Shown here piece after piece: positions 37,675 to 46,983 of a stretch of 64,000 bases of DNA (position 1 is its first letter; the number at the start of each line of letters is the position of its first letter). The notes beneath the pieces were generated by a model, which was not told where the DNA came from, made no database searches, and saw only the letters and a program-made list of their open reading frames with translations. This DNA comes from Polyangiaceae bacterium (GTDB lineage: Bacteria; Myxococcota_A; Polyangia; Polyangiales; Polyangiaceae): positions 32,001 to 96,000 of the forward strand of contig JANRKO010000045.1 in the NCBI GenBank assembly GCA_033763455.1. The letters run 5' to 3'. The translations under genes and the position numbers were made by a program.

Positions 37675-38679
37675 TCAGCGTGCCAAGCCGCGAATCGCGG
37701 TTCTCACCGCTTCCAGCTGGGTGTCCCGCGCTTGTAAGGCCTGGAGACTACTGGCTTCTCCAGGCGACGCCAGGTTCTTCCAAACCGCCATCAGGGGGCC
37801 AACCGACAATCTTGTTGGACCAGGGAGCCCGACGTTGGCCTGCTCCTGCACTGCCAGGAGCGCAGCCTCAAAACCTTTGCGAGCTTCGACGCCGAAAGCC
37901 AACACCGGCCCAAGCGCCTGGGCCTCTTCCCCGCTCCGCCCCGCATCCATGCTTGGATAGACGACCTTCTCGTAGGCTTCGAGTGCGGTGCGCCACTTCT
38001 CAAGAACCGGCATGAGTTGCTCAGCTCGCTCCGGGAAGCGGGGCAGCGCCTGCACGTACCGCGAGTACTGCGACCACTCACGGGTTATCGCCCCAAATGT
38101 GGCACCACACACCGGCGGCTTCTTTTCGTCCCACGTACAAACAGGCGGAACGCTCCGCACACAAGCGGTGCGATACGCGCGCGCCACCTCAGGGAACAGC
38201 TCGGCGTGTTCAGCTTCTTTCCCTTCTACACTACAGCGTTCAATGCGGCAGCCGGCCGTGATGGCCTCGGTCGCGTCCTTACACAGGGCTTGCTTGTGCG
38301 GAGAGGAGGTCGCGTGCGGCACGCCGTAAACGCTCAGGAGCGTTGCACCATAGAAGAGCTCCGCCGCCGCGGGGTGCCCGTTCCTATACGCCTGCCGAGC
38401 CAACGAAAACGCACCATGGCTAGCATCCGTGTGCCACTTTCGCTCCGCCTCCGCCTGTGATTCCCAACGAGAGAGAGATTTCAGCCCGTCTTTCAAACAC
38501 AAGAGTGACGTAATTTCGGCGCCCAGCGGCACCTCCACGTAACACGCCTTCATGCCCGGCTTTTCCGGAAGGTGCGAAAGCATAGGCACATCCGCCAGCG
38601 CCCCGGTTGCCAGCGCGAGCACGCCCGAAGCCAAAAGCCAGACAGAACTCCGCGCACCTACGCCTTTAGTGCTGCGCAT
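37675..38679 (-). CDS. hypothetical secreted protein
   Basis: Signal peptide ending ALA-D and multiple Cys. Overlaps the upstream gene's 3' end by 14 bp. Confidence 0.6.
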   Translation of the reverse strand: MRSTKGVGARSSVWLLASGVLALATGALADVPMLSHLPEKPGMKACYVEVPLGAEITSLLCLKDGLKSLSRWESQAEAERKWHTDASHGAFSLARQAYRNGHPAAAELFYGATLLSVYGVPHATSSPHKQALCKDATEAITAGCRIERCSVEGKEAEHAELFPEVARAYRTACVRSVPPVCTWDEKKPPVCGATFGAITREWSQYSRYVQALPRFPERAEQLMPVLEKWRTALEAYEKVVYPSMDAGRSGEEAQALGPVLAFGVEARKGFEAALLAVQEQANVGLPGPTRLSVGPLMAVWKNLASPGEASSLQALQARDTQLEAVRTAIRGLAR

Positions 38680-39136
38680 AATTCACACCTCCGCGAGTAA
38701 ACAATTCGGTAGCCACCGAGCGCTGGCGCTCCAACTTTGCCTCCGCGTTGTAGGCTTTCAGTTCAAGCCTCGCCTCGGCGAGTTGAGTTTTGGAAAAACC
38801 GGCGAGCTTCTGCGCTTCAGCTCGCTCAACGTAGACAAAGGCGGCCCCTGCCAAGCTCAGGATGCTAACAAGACCTAGAGCAACTATCGCACCAAGAGCG
38901 GCCTTTGGCATCTTCAACTTCACCACGCAAACCATACCGGGCGGGGGCTCATCCTCACCGCCGGTCCAGCGGATCGTGGGAGAACCTACTGTGTGCTCCC
39001 ACAGGTGAGCTAGAAGGGGTTCGCCATCCTGCTCAAGGGCCTCAACTCGCGCGTGGGCGGCCGAGAGCAAATCGACGTTCCAACTGCGGGCCTTGGCGTC
39101 AAACGAGCCTAACGCTACGCGATAATTCTGTGACAC
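38666..39136 (-). CDS. hypothetical membrane protein
   Basis: Single TM helix followed by a coiled-coil-like tail. Tight spacing with neighbours. Confidence 0.55.
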   Translation of the reverse strand: MSQNYRVALGSFDAKARSWNVDLLSAAHARVEALEQDGEPLLAHLWEHTVGSPTIRWTGGEDEPPPGMVCVVKLKMPKAALGAIVALGLVSILSLAGAAFVYVERAEAQKLAGFSKTQLAEARLELKAYNAEAKLERQRSVATELFTRGGVNYAQH

Positions 39137-39145
39137 GGCCGGAGC

Positions 39146-40207
39146 CTAGCCGAGGCTGTCCGCTGCGGTCCAGGAGCTGCTCGCGCTTGCCCCGAACAAC
39201 GTTCGAAGCTTAGCCACATCATCCGGTTCGCCCATCACGATGAGGCTTGCGCCAGCCGCCACCTCGGCATCGGGCCCCGGGTTATAAACGTAGTTATCAC
39301 CCGGCAGGTGGAGCGCAATTACGAGAAGTTTCGTCTCTTGCCGGATCGGGATCTCGCGCAACACCTTGTTCGCGTATTCGGAACTCGCAGGCACCACCAC
39401 TTCATCGAACCGCAGATTTTTCGTGACTCGCAACATGCGATCCAAGAACTCTGTGACCCGTGGCCGTACCAGTTGACTCACCAAACGGAGGCCGCCAATG
39501 CGATGTGGACTCACCACAGAGTCCGCCCCTGCACGGAAGATCTTCGGTTCGTTCTCGATTTCAACCACCTTAGAGACGATCCGTGCGCCCGGGTTGAGGG
39601 CTCGCGCCGAAAGCGTGATGAACAGGTTGTCGGGATCGCTTGGCAAGGCAGCGATCACTCCGCTAGCGCGCTCAACGCCTGCGGCCAAAAGTACATGATC
39701 GTCCGTGGCATCGCCCACCACGCACAAAAGCTCTTGCCCGACCTCACCCGCTAGGTGCAAAAGCTTAGCTTCGTCTTGATCCACCACGACGAAAGGCAGG
39801 CGCGTGGCTACCAGTTCTTCAACCACATAGCGCCCCGTACGCCCGCAGCCAGCAACCACAAAATGCCCAGAAAGCGCGGATATTTTCTTCTTCATAAAGC
39901 GACTCCGAAACGCTTTGCCTATGTAGCCTTCAATCAAGAGGGTCGTCAGCGTGGATTGAAAAAAGGCAATGGTAGCCAGCCCGCACACAATCATGACCAC
40001 CGTGATGAGGCGCGCCACCGGCAACCGTTCCATCTGCGGCAACTCTGAGTACCCTACCGAGGCAACCGTAATGACGGCAAAGTAGGCAGTCTCAAAAAAG
40101 CTGTAATTTCCGCCGCCCAACCAAAACAGCGCCGCCGCCCCCAGGCCTATCACCAGGAACAGCAAGAAGAGCGCAATGGCAACGTGGCGAACGTGAACTT
40201 TGAGCAT
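39146..40207 (-). CDS. potassium channel protein with TrkA-N/TrkA-C (RCK) domains
   Basis: Two TM helices plus pore TVASVGY, VVAGCGRTG, GDAT and a TrkA-C tail. Confidence 0.92.
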   Translation of the reverse strand: MLKVHVRHVAIALFLLFLVIGLGAAALFWLGGGNYSFFETAYFAVITVASVGYSELPQMERLPVARLITVVMIVCGLATIAFFQSTLTTLLIEGYIGKAFRSRFMKKKISALSGHFVVAGCGRTGRYVVEELVATRLPFVVVDQDEAKLLHLAGEVGQELLCVVGDATDDHVLLAAGVERASGVIAALPSDPDNLFITLSARALNPGARIVSKVVEIENEPKIFRAGADSVVSPHRIGGLRLVSQLVRPRVTEFLDRMLRVTKNLRFDEVVVPASSEYANKVLREIPIRQETKLLVIALHLPGDNYVYNPGPDAEVAAGASLIVMGEPDDVAKLRTLFGASASSSWTAADSLG

Positions 40208-40231
40208 CAGCTGCTAGGCAAGCACGATAGC

Positions 40232-41140
40232 CTAGCCCAGCAGGTTTCCTAGCGCCGCGGCGAGATCGGGATATTTCCACTTGAACCCGCGCTCAGAAAG
40301 GCGCGTTGGAAGCACCGGGCGACCGCCCAGTAACGGAGCCGCCCCTTCCCCGAGCACCAACTTCAACGCAAAGCCGGGCGCCTTGAGCAAGGTGGGCCGA
40401 TCGAGCACCCGCCCCAGCTCACGGGTGAGCTCGCGATTTTTCACCGGCGCGGGAGCCGTCACATTGAACGCACCAAACGCATCCGTAGCGAACAACAGGT
40501 GCTCTATGGTCCCCACCACATCGGCAATATGGATCCAAGAAAAATACTGCTCCCCCGACCCCACTTCCCCTCCAACAAACATTTGGAACGGCCGCACCAA
40601 CGCCGGAAGCGCCCCGCCACCCGTTCCCAAGATAACACCAAAGCGCATAAGGCCCACGCGCACCCCGCATGCCTCTGCCGCTTTTGCACGCGCTTCCCAC
40701 TCCACGCAAACGCTAGCTAGAAAATCATTCCCCGGAGCGGAACTCTCCGTACACGGCTCCTCTCCAAGCTCGCTCCCGTAGTAGCCAACGGCCGAAGCAC
40801 TGAGGAACACTTGGGGCTTCACTTTCGCCTGGGCGATGGCTTGCACCAAATGTTCTGTCCCCCGTACTCGGCTATCGCGAATACGCGCCTTGTTCACCTC
40901 GGTGTAACGCACGCCAACGGCTCGCTCACCTGCCAGGCTAACTACGGCGTCCTGCCCGTCCACGTGCCGGAACCACTCCCCCGCTGCCAGCGGATCATAC
41001 GCGTAAATGTGGGCCGCACCCTTGGGCAAGCGCGTGGCCGAGCGACTTAGCACCGTGACTTCATGCCCCAGTGTGCCAAGTTGCTCCACCAACGCCCTCC
41101 CCAGAAAACCAGTACCTCCACTCACCAAGATCTTAGACAT
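40232..41140 (-). CDS. TIGR01777 family NAD-dependent epimerase/oxidoreductase
   Basis: ILVSGGTGFLG, SRV.GT, SASAVGYYG, FLA.VC.EWE and SWIHIAD. Confidence 0.92.
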   Translation of the reverse strand: MSKILVSGGTGFLGRALVEQLGTLGHEVTVLSRSATRLPKGAAHIYAYDPLAAGEWFRHVDGQDAVVSLAGERAVGVRYTEVNKARIRDSRVRGTEHLVQAIAQAKVKPQVFLSASAVGYYGSELGEEPCTESSAPGNDFLASVCVEWEARAKAAEACGVRVGLMRFGVILGTGGGALPALVRPFQMFVGGEVGSGEQYFSWIHIADVVGTIEHLLFATDAFGAFNVTAPAPVKNRELTRELGRVLDRPTLLKAPGFALKLVLGEGAAPLLGGRPVLPTRLSERGFKWKYPDLAAALGNLLG

Positions 41141-41238
41141 TTTGAGCTGCACCCGTGATTGACCTATAGTCCCCACCTCGGCTCACGCCAGCGGCAAGCC
41201 TTGCATTATCGTCCGCGTCCCTTGGAGAATCTTGAAAA

Positions 41239-41877
41239 ATGACTCGCCTCCCCTTCCTCTTCGCGCTCACGGCCTCGGCCGCACTCACTATCGGTTGCGG
41301 TGCCAAGCTCGCCGCGCCCTTCAATCACGTGAAGGAAAGCAACGTTACGGCCTTCCGCCTGCAGAATTATGAGCCGCCGCCCGCCGCCGCCGCTCCCTCT
41401 TCGGCAACTGCAGCTCCCGGGCAAGTGCCGGGCCTGCCTCCCCAACTCCAACAATGGATCAGCCAAGCCGCGCAAACCCTGCCGCAATTGATTCCGCCGG
41501 GGCTTCTCCCCCCAGGCATGTTGCCCCAAGCCAACCAAGCGCCCCTTCCCCCCGCCGTGGACACCACTCCACGCTTCCACACCTTCCGCATCTTGAACCA
41601 AACTCAGGTTATCGATTCGAGCCTCAAAGATGAGCTCGCCGAAATTCTGGGCAATCCCGATAATTTTCAGGCCGAGCACGCAAGCTGCGCCTACGCGGAA
41701 GTGGGCCTTTCCTTCTCTTCTAACAGCGGCGCCTCCAGCGATCTCTTGATTTCGTTCTCCTGCAACCACGTGATGCCGCAAACATTCACCTGGCCGCACC
41801 CCAACACCGGCTTGAAACCTGAGACGGTGCAAAAGTTGTCCAAAGTAGTGAATAAGCTCTGGCCGCCAGGAATGTGA
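41239..41877 (+). CDS. hypothetical lipoprotein with Pro/Gln-rich insert
   Basis: Lipobox LTIGC and a PPGL/PPG-rich segment. Confidence 0.7.
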   Translation: MTRLPFLFALTASAALTIGCGAKLAAPFNHVKESNVTAFRLQNYEPPPAAAAPSSATAAPGQVPGLPPQLQQWISQAAQTLPQLIPPGLLPPGMLPQANQAPLPPAVDTTPRFHTFRILNQTQVIDSSLKDELAEILGNPDNFQAEHASCAYAEVGLSFSSNSGASSDLLISFSCNHVMPQTFTWPHPNTGLKPETVQKLSKVVNKLWPPGM

Positions 41878-41880
41878 GCG

Positions 41881-42171
41881 ATGGATCTTGAGGCCTTCAA
41901 GCGTTCGCTCAAGGGGCCACCGCCTAAGGATCTCGATAGGCGGCTGCTAGCGCTTTGGCACGAAGCTCACGGAGATTGGGAGGCCGCGCACGAGATTGCG
42001 CAAAGCCTCCCGGATGCCGAAGGCGCCTGGGTGCACGCCTACCTGCATCGCCGCGAGGGCGATAACTCCAACGCCGGCTATTGGTACGCGCACGCCGGAA
42101 AATCTTTCTGCCGCACCTCGCTCGAAGCCGAATGGGAAAAGCTCGTGCGGATTTATTTGGGGGATGGGTAG
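41881..42171 (+). CDS. conserved small hypothetical protein
   Basis: GDW..AH.IAQ...AWVHAYLHR.EGD..NA.YWY pattern. Confidence 0.8.
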   Translation: MDLEAFKRSLKGPPPKDLDRRLLALWHEAHGDWEAAHEIAQSLPDAEGAWVHAYLHRREGDNSNAGYWYAHAGKSFCRTSLEAEWEKLVRIYLGDG

Positions 42172-42216
42172 AGGCAACGGCTTGGGTAGGCTCGGGTACC
42201 GGGAGAGGAAACGCCG

Positions 42217-43623
42217 TTAGCGATACAGGTCAGCGAGGTCGTGCCACTTCACGGTGGCTTCGCTCCCCTCCTGCTTCTTCGAGTCCCGATGCTCCTTGGG
42301 CGGGCGCTCGCGCACGAATAAGTGCTTTTTGATGGTGGCCCCCCGCAGGTTTGGGTAAGCACCTGCCTTGGCGGAGAGCTCATCCAACAGCTTCGGCACG
42401 GATCGCACCGCACCCCACTTGCACTCACCAATATCGGTGACCCCATCTTCCCTCAGGCCCACCACATCTATCTGGGTATCTTTGCTCCAATATTCCCCCA
42501 CACTGAACGGGGCATTCACACCGTCTCGCACGTAAAGCCTCCCGAGCGCCTCTCGACAGAGACGCTCAAAACAAGTGCCGAAATAGGCGTCCAGCTCAGG
42601 CCGGATACGCTCACGAAAGGCTTTGTTAGGACCGGCTTGCTGCAGATAGCTTAGATTCGGAAACACGAACCGAAACCAAAACCTCAACAAAGGATCTTCC
42701 AGAGAATAACGCACTTGCCGCTGGCTCGGACGGCTTCCTGTAAGCGGAGAGCGACGCCCAATGTAACCCAGCTCGCTCAACTGCTGCAGGTAGTAGTGAA
42801 GGCTTCGTTCGGGAAGCCCACTCGCCGCCGCAATCTGAGAACTCGTAGCGTGGCCGTTCGCCACGGCAACGAGCAACGCGTAGTAGTTATCGACCTCCCG
42901 CAGCTCCTCGCGCAAAAGGAAGTCGGGCTCGCGAAAAAGGGGGCCAAATTCGCCCAAAATAACCGACTCAATATTCTGCTCCACTGAGCGTGCAGGATCA
43001 AAAAGCGTCAAATAGGTGGGCACTCCACCACACACGAAGTAGGCTCGCGCTCGCTCCACGAGTGACCAACTAGGATGAAAATCCTGCGCCTCGCGATAGC
43101 CAAATGGTAAGAGCTTTATCTGGGCAGTGCGCCGACCAAAGAGCGGGCTCCGCTTCCCCAAAACTTCCCGCTCCATGAAGCCCACATAGGAGCCACACAA
43201 GATGAGCATCACGTTGCCAGCACGCCGCCAGCGATTGTCCCAACAATCCTGGAGCACACCGGGCAACTCAGGGCTAGCGTGCGCCAGCCACTGGAACTCA
43301 TCCAACGCTAACACCAGCTTCTGCGGCCCCCGATGCCGCTCCACAATGTTGATGAGGAGCCGCTTCCAATCCGTCACGCCCGAGCTAGCCAAAAGAGGTT
43401 CGCCGAGCACCCGGGCCGCCTCGCGCCCCAGCTCCTCCATCTGTAAGGCCGGCGGAGCCGTCTTGCCGACGTAGTAAAGAGCTGGCTTGGCCTCGGCGAA
43501 GCGCAGGATGAGCTCGCTCTTGCCAACCCGGCGCCGCCCATAGATCGGCACGAACGAGGACCCAGGTGCAGCGTATTGCTCCTCCAGCGTACCGAGCTCG
43601 GCCTGCCTCCCGACGAACGCCAT
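42217..43623 (-). CDS. COG1672-type ATP-binding protein: archaeal-type ATPase + winged HTH + DUF234/PD-(D/E)XK nuclease-like domain
   Basis: FVGR..EL, Walker A YGRRRVGKS, Walker B LALDEFQ, LCGS, PLFGRRT, GGVP.YL, DP.LRFWFRFV and QIDVV...IGECKW. Confidence 0.9.
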   Translation of the reverse strand: MAFVGRQAELGTLEEQYAAPGSSFVPIYGRRRVGKSELILRFAEAKPALYYVGKTAPPALQMEELGREAARVLGEPLLASSGVTDWKRLLINIVERHRGPQKLVLALDEFQWLAHASPELPGVLQDCWDNRWRRAGNVMLILCGSYVGFMEREVLGKRSPLFGRRTAQIKLLPFGYREAQDFHPSWSLVERARAYFVCGGVPTYLTLFDPARSVEQNIESVILGEFGPLFREPDFLLREELREVDNYYALLVAVANGHATSSQIAAASGLPERSLHYYLQQLSELGYIGRRSPLTGSRPSQRQVRYSLEDPLLRFWFRFVFPNLSYLQQAGPNKAFRERIRPELDAYFGTCFERLCREALGRLYVRDGVNAPFSVGEYWSKDTQIDVVGLREDGVTDIGECKWGAVRSVPKLLDELSAKAGAYPNLRGATIKKHLFVRERPPKEHRDSKKQEGSEATVKWHDLADLYR

Positions 43624-43629
43624 TCCCCA

Positions 43630-43658
43630 AGCCTGGGCCGGACCCACGAGATTGTCAA
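43630..43658 (-). promoter_or_regulatory. putative sigma-70 promoter of the ATPase gene (probably leaderless)
   Basis: Minus strand reads TTGACA-N17-CAGGCT-N6-ATG. Confidence 0.55.
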
Positions 43659-43720
43659 GTCATGACTTGTCGAGTTACGACTTGTCGAGTTACGACTTGG
43701 CAACTTACGACTTGGCAAAG
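43652..43720. repeat. 15-bp tandem repeat (about 4.5 copies) containing a perfect 14-bp palindrome
   Basis: ttgtcaagtcatgac / ttgtcgagttacgac / ttgtcgagttacgac / ttggcaacttacgac / ttggcaaag. Palindrome caagtcatgacttg at 43656-43669. Confidence 0.9.
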
Positions 43721-43757
43721 AGGAGCACTGAAACGGGGCTGGTTTGCCACCGGGAGC

Positions 43758-43785
43758 TTGACTGCCCCATACGGATGGCCATATT
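43758..43785 (+). promoter_or_regulatory. putative sigma-70 promoter of ssrA
   Basis: TTGACT-N16-CATATT, ending about 37 bp upstream of the mature tmRNA 5' end. Confidence 0.45.
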
Positions 43786-43822
43786 CAGCCCCTGTAACTT
43801 CAACAACTTACACCCCACCCAC

Positions 43823-44168
43823 GGGGGCGAAGGGTTTCGACGTGGGGACTGAAGGTTAATCTGCGTGCGGTGGCGCCTGTCCCACCTTACAAAACGGGTC
43901 GTACTAATTGCGAACGATAACGCACTCGCTCTCGCAGCCTAAAAAACTGTAGAGCCGTCCAACCGCGAGATTGTCTTGGTAGCGGAAGGGCGTCAACACT
44001 AAGGCTGGTCTTCGAAGTGTGCTGCCTGGTTCGAGGACGAGACAAAGGGGAGCTAGGTCGATGGCCGAATCCACGAAACCCCGCCACCGGGGTCAATCTG
44101 TGGCTACGCACGTGAACGAAGGTTGATTGGACGCCTCGCGGATCCGGGTTCGATTCCCGGCGCCTCCA
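43823..44168 (+). ncRNA. ssrA: transfer-messenger RNA (tmRNA), tag peptide ANDNALALAA*
   Basis: 5' GGGGGCGAAGGGTTTCGAC, 3' T-arm CCGGGTTCGATTCCCGG and acceptor CGCCTCCA with a G3-U pair. Tag frame gcg aac gat aac gca ctc gct ctc gca gcc taa at 43910-43942. Confidence 0.96.
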
Positions 44169-45369
44169 CAATCATTTCAAATAGTTGACTCACGTCTGAT
44201 CGATTGAACTGATCGATTAGACTTTTGGGTATCTCCGGAAAGACGTCGCCGATGGCCTCCCCGACGGCCTCGGCGGTGCGGATATATTTCTGTGTGGTCT
44301 CGAAGCTCGAGTGCCCAGCCCTCTGTTGGATCTTGAGAGTGTCCTCCCCCCGGATGGCGAGCCAGGTCAGCCCGGTGGAACGCAAGTCGTGGAACCGGAG
44401 GCGCTTGCTGGTCTGGTCGGTTGCGAAAAGTTCAGCTCGGGTGACGCCAGCCAGCTTGAGGTGTTGGCGGAGCCGAACCGCCCACCACTTTCGGTGAGGC
44501 AGCGAGACCACTGGGCCTTGTCCCCCTGTCCGTGCGTGCATGGCTCGAAGGAGCGGCATTAGGTTCGGCTCGATCACGAATCTCCGAATTCCTTTGTTAC
44601 CCGTTTTGGTTTTCTTTAGTGCACCGTCCTCGCCAATCGCATGGTGAATTCGCACGAGGCGGCTGTCGAAGTCAAAATCCGCCCAAGCGAGCGCGCACAG
44701 TTCGCCGGCTCGCGGAAACAGATAAATGGCGAGTGCATAAATGGCGCGCGAAGCAGCGGGGATTTCGTCGCAGTTCATCACCTTCAGGAATTCTTTTGGG
44801 GTGAGCCACTGCAGGTCCTTGGCGTCGAACATGTCGGGGGGAGCGACTCCGACACACGGATCTCCGTCCCGAACCTTGAGCAACTTAGGCTTGTCTTTTT
44901 TCCAGAGGCCAGCTGCGGCCTTCATCGCGGTTGTCCATACCGTCCAGGCGTTGAATCCCGTTTTTGCGGAGGTTTCGCCGCGTGCCACTTTCGCGTCCAG
45001 CGCGTCACGTAAACGCTCGCAATCCGCCGTTTGTATGTCCGCGGGATGCTTGTCGAGAATGGGCTGCAAGTGCGTCCGGTAGGCGCCGCCGACGTCCGTC
45101 AGGCCGAGCTTCTGACGATGCGCTAGGAAATCTTTCCACCAGGTCTCGCCTGTCCGTGCGGCCTCCTTGACCGGCACACTCTTGCGACCAGCCACGCCAT
45201 CTTTGGCGGCCATCTGCGAAAGAAACTGGGCCCGGTCCCGAGCAAACGCCTCACTCGTACCTTTGGGGAACACTGGAAGCCTGCGACGCGAACCGTCCGC
45301 CAACGTGATGACGGCCTGGAGTCTCCCATTCGGGAGCTTGAGTACGGTGCCGGATCTAGATCGAGGCAT
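44104..45369 (-). CDS. int: tyrosine recombinase/integrase
   Basis: Catalytic R (FPRAGEL), K (KTKT), HxxR (FHDLRS), H (AGHS) and Y (TQKYI). Arm-binding-like N-terminus. Abuts and overlaps the ssrA 3' end. Confidence 0.93.
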   Translation of the reverse strand: MPRSRSGTVLKLPNGRLQAVITLADGSRRRLPVFPKGTSEAFARDRAQFLSQMAAKDGVAGRKSVPVKEAARTGETWWKDFLAHRQKLGLTDVGGAYRTHLQPILDKHPADIQTADCERLRDALDAKVARGETSAKTGFNAWTVWTTAMKAAAGLWKKDKPKLLKVRDGDPCVGVAPPDMFDAKDLQWLTPKEFLKVMNCDEIPAASRAIYALAIYLFPRAGELCALAWADFDFDSRLVRIHHAIGEDGALKKTKTGNKGIRRFVIEPNLMPLLRAMHARTGGQGPVVSLPHRKWWAVRLRQHLKLAGVTRAELFATDQTSKRLRFHDLRSTGLTWLAIRGEDTLKIQQRAGHSSFETTQKYIRTAEAVGEAIGDVFPEIPKSLIDQFNRSDVSQLFEMIVEAPGIEPGSARRPINLRSRA

Positions 45370-45444
45370 GGTTGAAAGGCCCTACTTGGAAAACGTGTGG
45401 GTTTTGCGAAATGCGCGCTCGAGCACTGAATGAGTGGGGTAACG

Positions 45445-45894
45445 TCATCGACTAACTGCCTTCGCCGCTGCCTGTTCCCAGGCTTCTAACGAAGTTGGCT
45501 CCGGCACGACAGCCGTCTTGGGGCGCGGCCTGTAGCCATTTTTTTCGATAGCTTCATCGAGCCAAGAGCGCCGAAAAATGATCCGCCCACGCTCGGCGAC
45601 ACACGATCGAAGCCTTCCCTCACGTACCCAGCGGCGGAGCGTGGGGACGGCGATGGGGACTTGGGTGGGCGCGGACCGCAGATCAAGCCACGGATCATTC
45701 GTACGCGAGCGCGAAATCGCCGTTGCCTCGATTGAGTCAGCCTGGGAACTGAGGACCGCGGCTAGGGCACGCAGATTTGTGGGGGCCAACGCAAGCAACT
45801 GGCTTTCAGATGACGCTTGGCTCGCCCCCGTCTGAGAAGAAGGCCGCTCAAGCACATCGTTCTGGGGGCGCAGGTTTCCAGGTGAGTATTTCAT
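45445..45894 (-). CDS. helix-turn-helix excisionase-like (HTH_17/MerR-like) protein
   Basis: WLDL...IAVPTLRRWVREGRL...GRIIFRRSWLD, directly upstream of int. Start uncertain. Confidence 0.7.
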   Translation of the reverse strand: MKYSPGNLRPQNDVLERPSSQTGASQASSESQLLALAPTNLRALAAVLSSQADSIEATAISRSRTNDPWLDLRSAPTQVPIAVPTLRRWVREGRLRSCVAERGRIIFRRSWLDEAIEKNGYRPRPKTAVVPEPTSLEAWEQAAAKAVSR

Positions 45895-45996
45895 GACGCT
45901 CAGCCAAGAAAGCATTTTCTCGGTGTGGAAATCCACATGCTTTTGTTGCCCCCCCAATCCTGTACCGGCGAATAACCGCGTGGTTGTCAACCGAAA

Positions 45997-46983
45997 TCAA
46001 TCGGCGACAGGTTCTTCATCTGCAGCGTTGACGCTCCCGATAAACCAAGTTCGAAAGTCAGTCCCAGCATGGCTTGCAAGGCTTGTTCGTACCCTTTTTG
46101 CCCGCCCCCTCATGTGGAGCGCACCTTCTACCGGCACGAGGCTAGCGATTTCAATTTCGGAGAATCCAGCGCTTTTGAGTTGCTGACATACTGCTATGAG
46201 CGTCGACGCTGAGGGGCTCGTCCCGCGACCGTGGCAATCAGCTGGGCGAGCCAGACAGGTAGGCCGCAACTTCTCGTCGAGCGCCAGCAGCTCCTTAGCG
46301 AGCGCTGTAAGCTCAACCGTAATCCCGTGAAGGAGCGGTGACTTGGCGTCCTGAAGACGCTTCGCGATCGCGAGTAGGTCGCGACTCGAATCCAATATCT
46401 GCGCGGCAAAACACCGAACAGCTTCCTTCAACGGTGAATCGCGAACCTCCAGCCACTCCCAGATCGATCGACAAACGGCCCCTAGTTTTCGTCTTTCAGT
46501 GGTCACTTGCGAGTTGGTCGGCCCAAGAATGTCAAAGTGCATTGCCGCTACGACTTCGACGGGCATCTGCGCTAGCTCTGGTGCTTCCCCGGCGACCCAT
46601 TCCATCAGCGGATTGATCATCGGCAGAACGTCGATGGTTTTGGTGCCACGGACGCGTTCCCTTCGGAGTGAGAACGGTGCCACGAGCTCGCCGCCGGGGG
46701 GAGCGGAAGCCTCAATTAGGCGAAGGCGATCGGAAAGTTCGCGGATCTGGGTGATAGCGCGGGCGGGCACCACGCACAGAAGCTCGTGCGGGTGTGGCAC
46801 CGCTGAGTGTGTACAGGTCAGAGGCACCATCTGTGGCACCTGGAGCCCTCTTTCGTTTAGCTGTTCCAACGCGCTGTCTCGGAGCCTTGCGTACTCTTCC
46901 GCGTCGCGCCTCAGAGCCTCCACGACTCCGGTGCTAGCGTCCTCAAGGTCGCGGCCTACCTGAGCTAGACGCGTCGCCACCAT
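45997..46983 (-). CDS. hypothetical protein of the integrative element
   Basis: Long helical ORF co-oriented with xis/int, with a possible C-terminal HTH (AGFSEIEIASLV). Start uncertain, frame open to 47181. Confidence 0.55.
   Translation of the reverse strand: MVATRLAQVGRDLEDASTGVVEALRRDAEEYARLRDSALEQLNERGLQVPQMVPLTCTHSAVPHPHELLCVVPARAITQIRELSDRLRLIEASAPPGGELVAPFSLRRERVRGTKTIDVLPMINPLMEWVAGEAPELAQMPVEVVAAMHFDILGPTNSQVTTERRKLGAVCRSIWEWLEVRDSPLKEAVRCFAAQILDSSRDLLAIAKRLQDAKSPLLHGITVELTALAKELLALDEKLRPTCLARPADCHGRGTSPSASTLIAVCQQLKSAGFSEIEIASLVPVEGALHMRGRAKRVRTSLASHAGTDFRTWFIGSVNAADEEPVAD

Noticed and set aside
41727..41738. cggcgcctcca match to the ssrA 3' end as a possible att site
   Set aside because: Only about 11 bp, inside a CDS and on the wrong side of ssrA. 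Expected by chance in GC-rich DNA.
43652..43720. 15-bp repeats as a CRISPR array or as the coding SYDLS repeat ORF (43652-43852)
   Set aside because: The units are contiguous with no spacers and no cas genes are present. The ORF simply translates the repeat and runs into ssrA.
43887..44171. 94-aa minus-strand ORF (MWRRRESNPDP...)
   Set aside because: Antisense shadow of the tmRNA gene.
44168..44171. tmRNA ending in ACAA rather than ACCA as a sign of inactivation
   Set aside because: CCA is often added post-transcriptionally, and the acceptor stem, T-arm and tag frame are intact.
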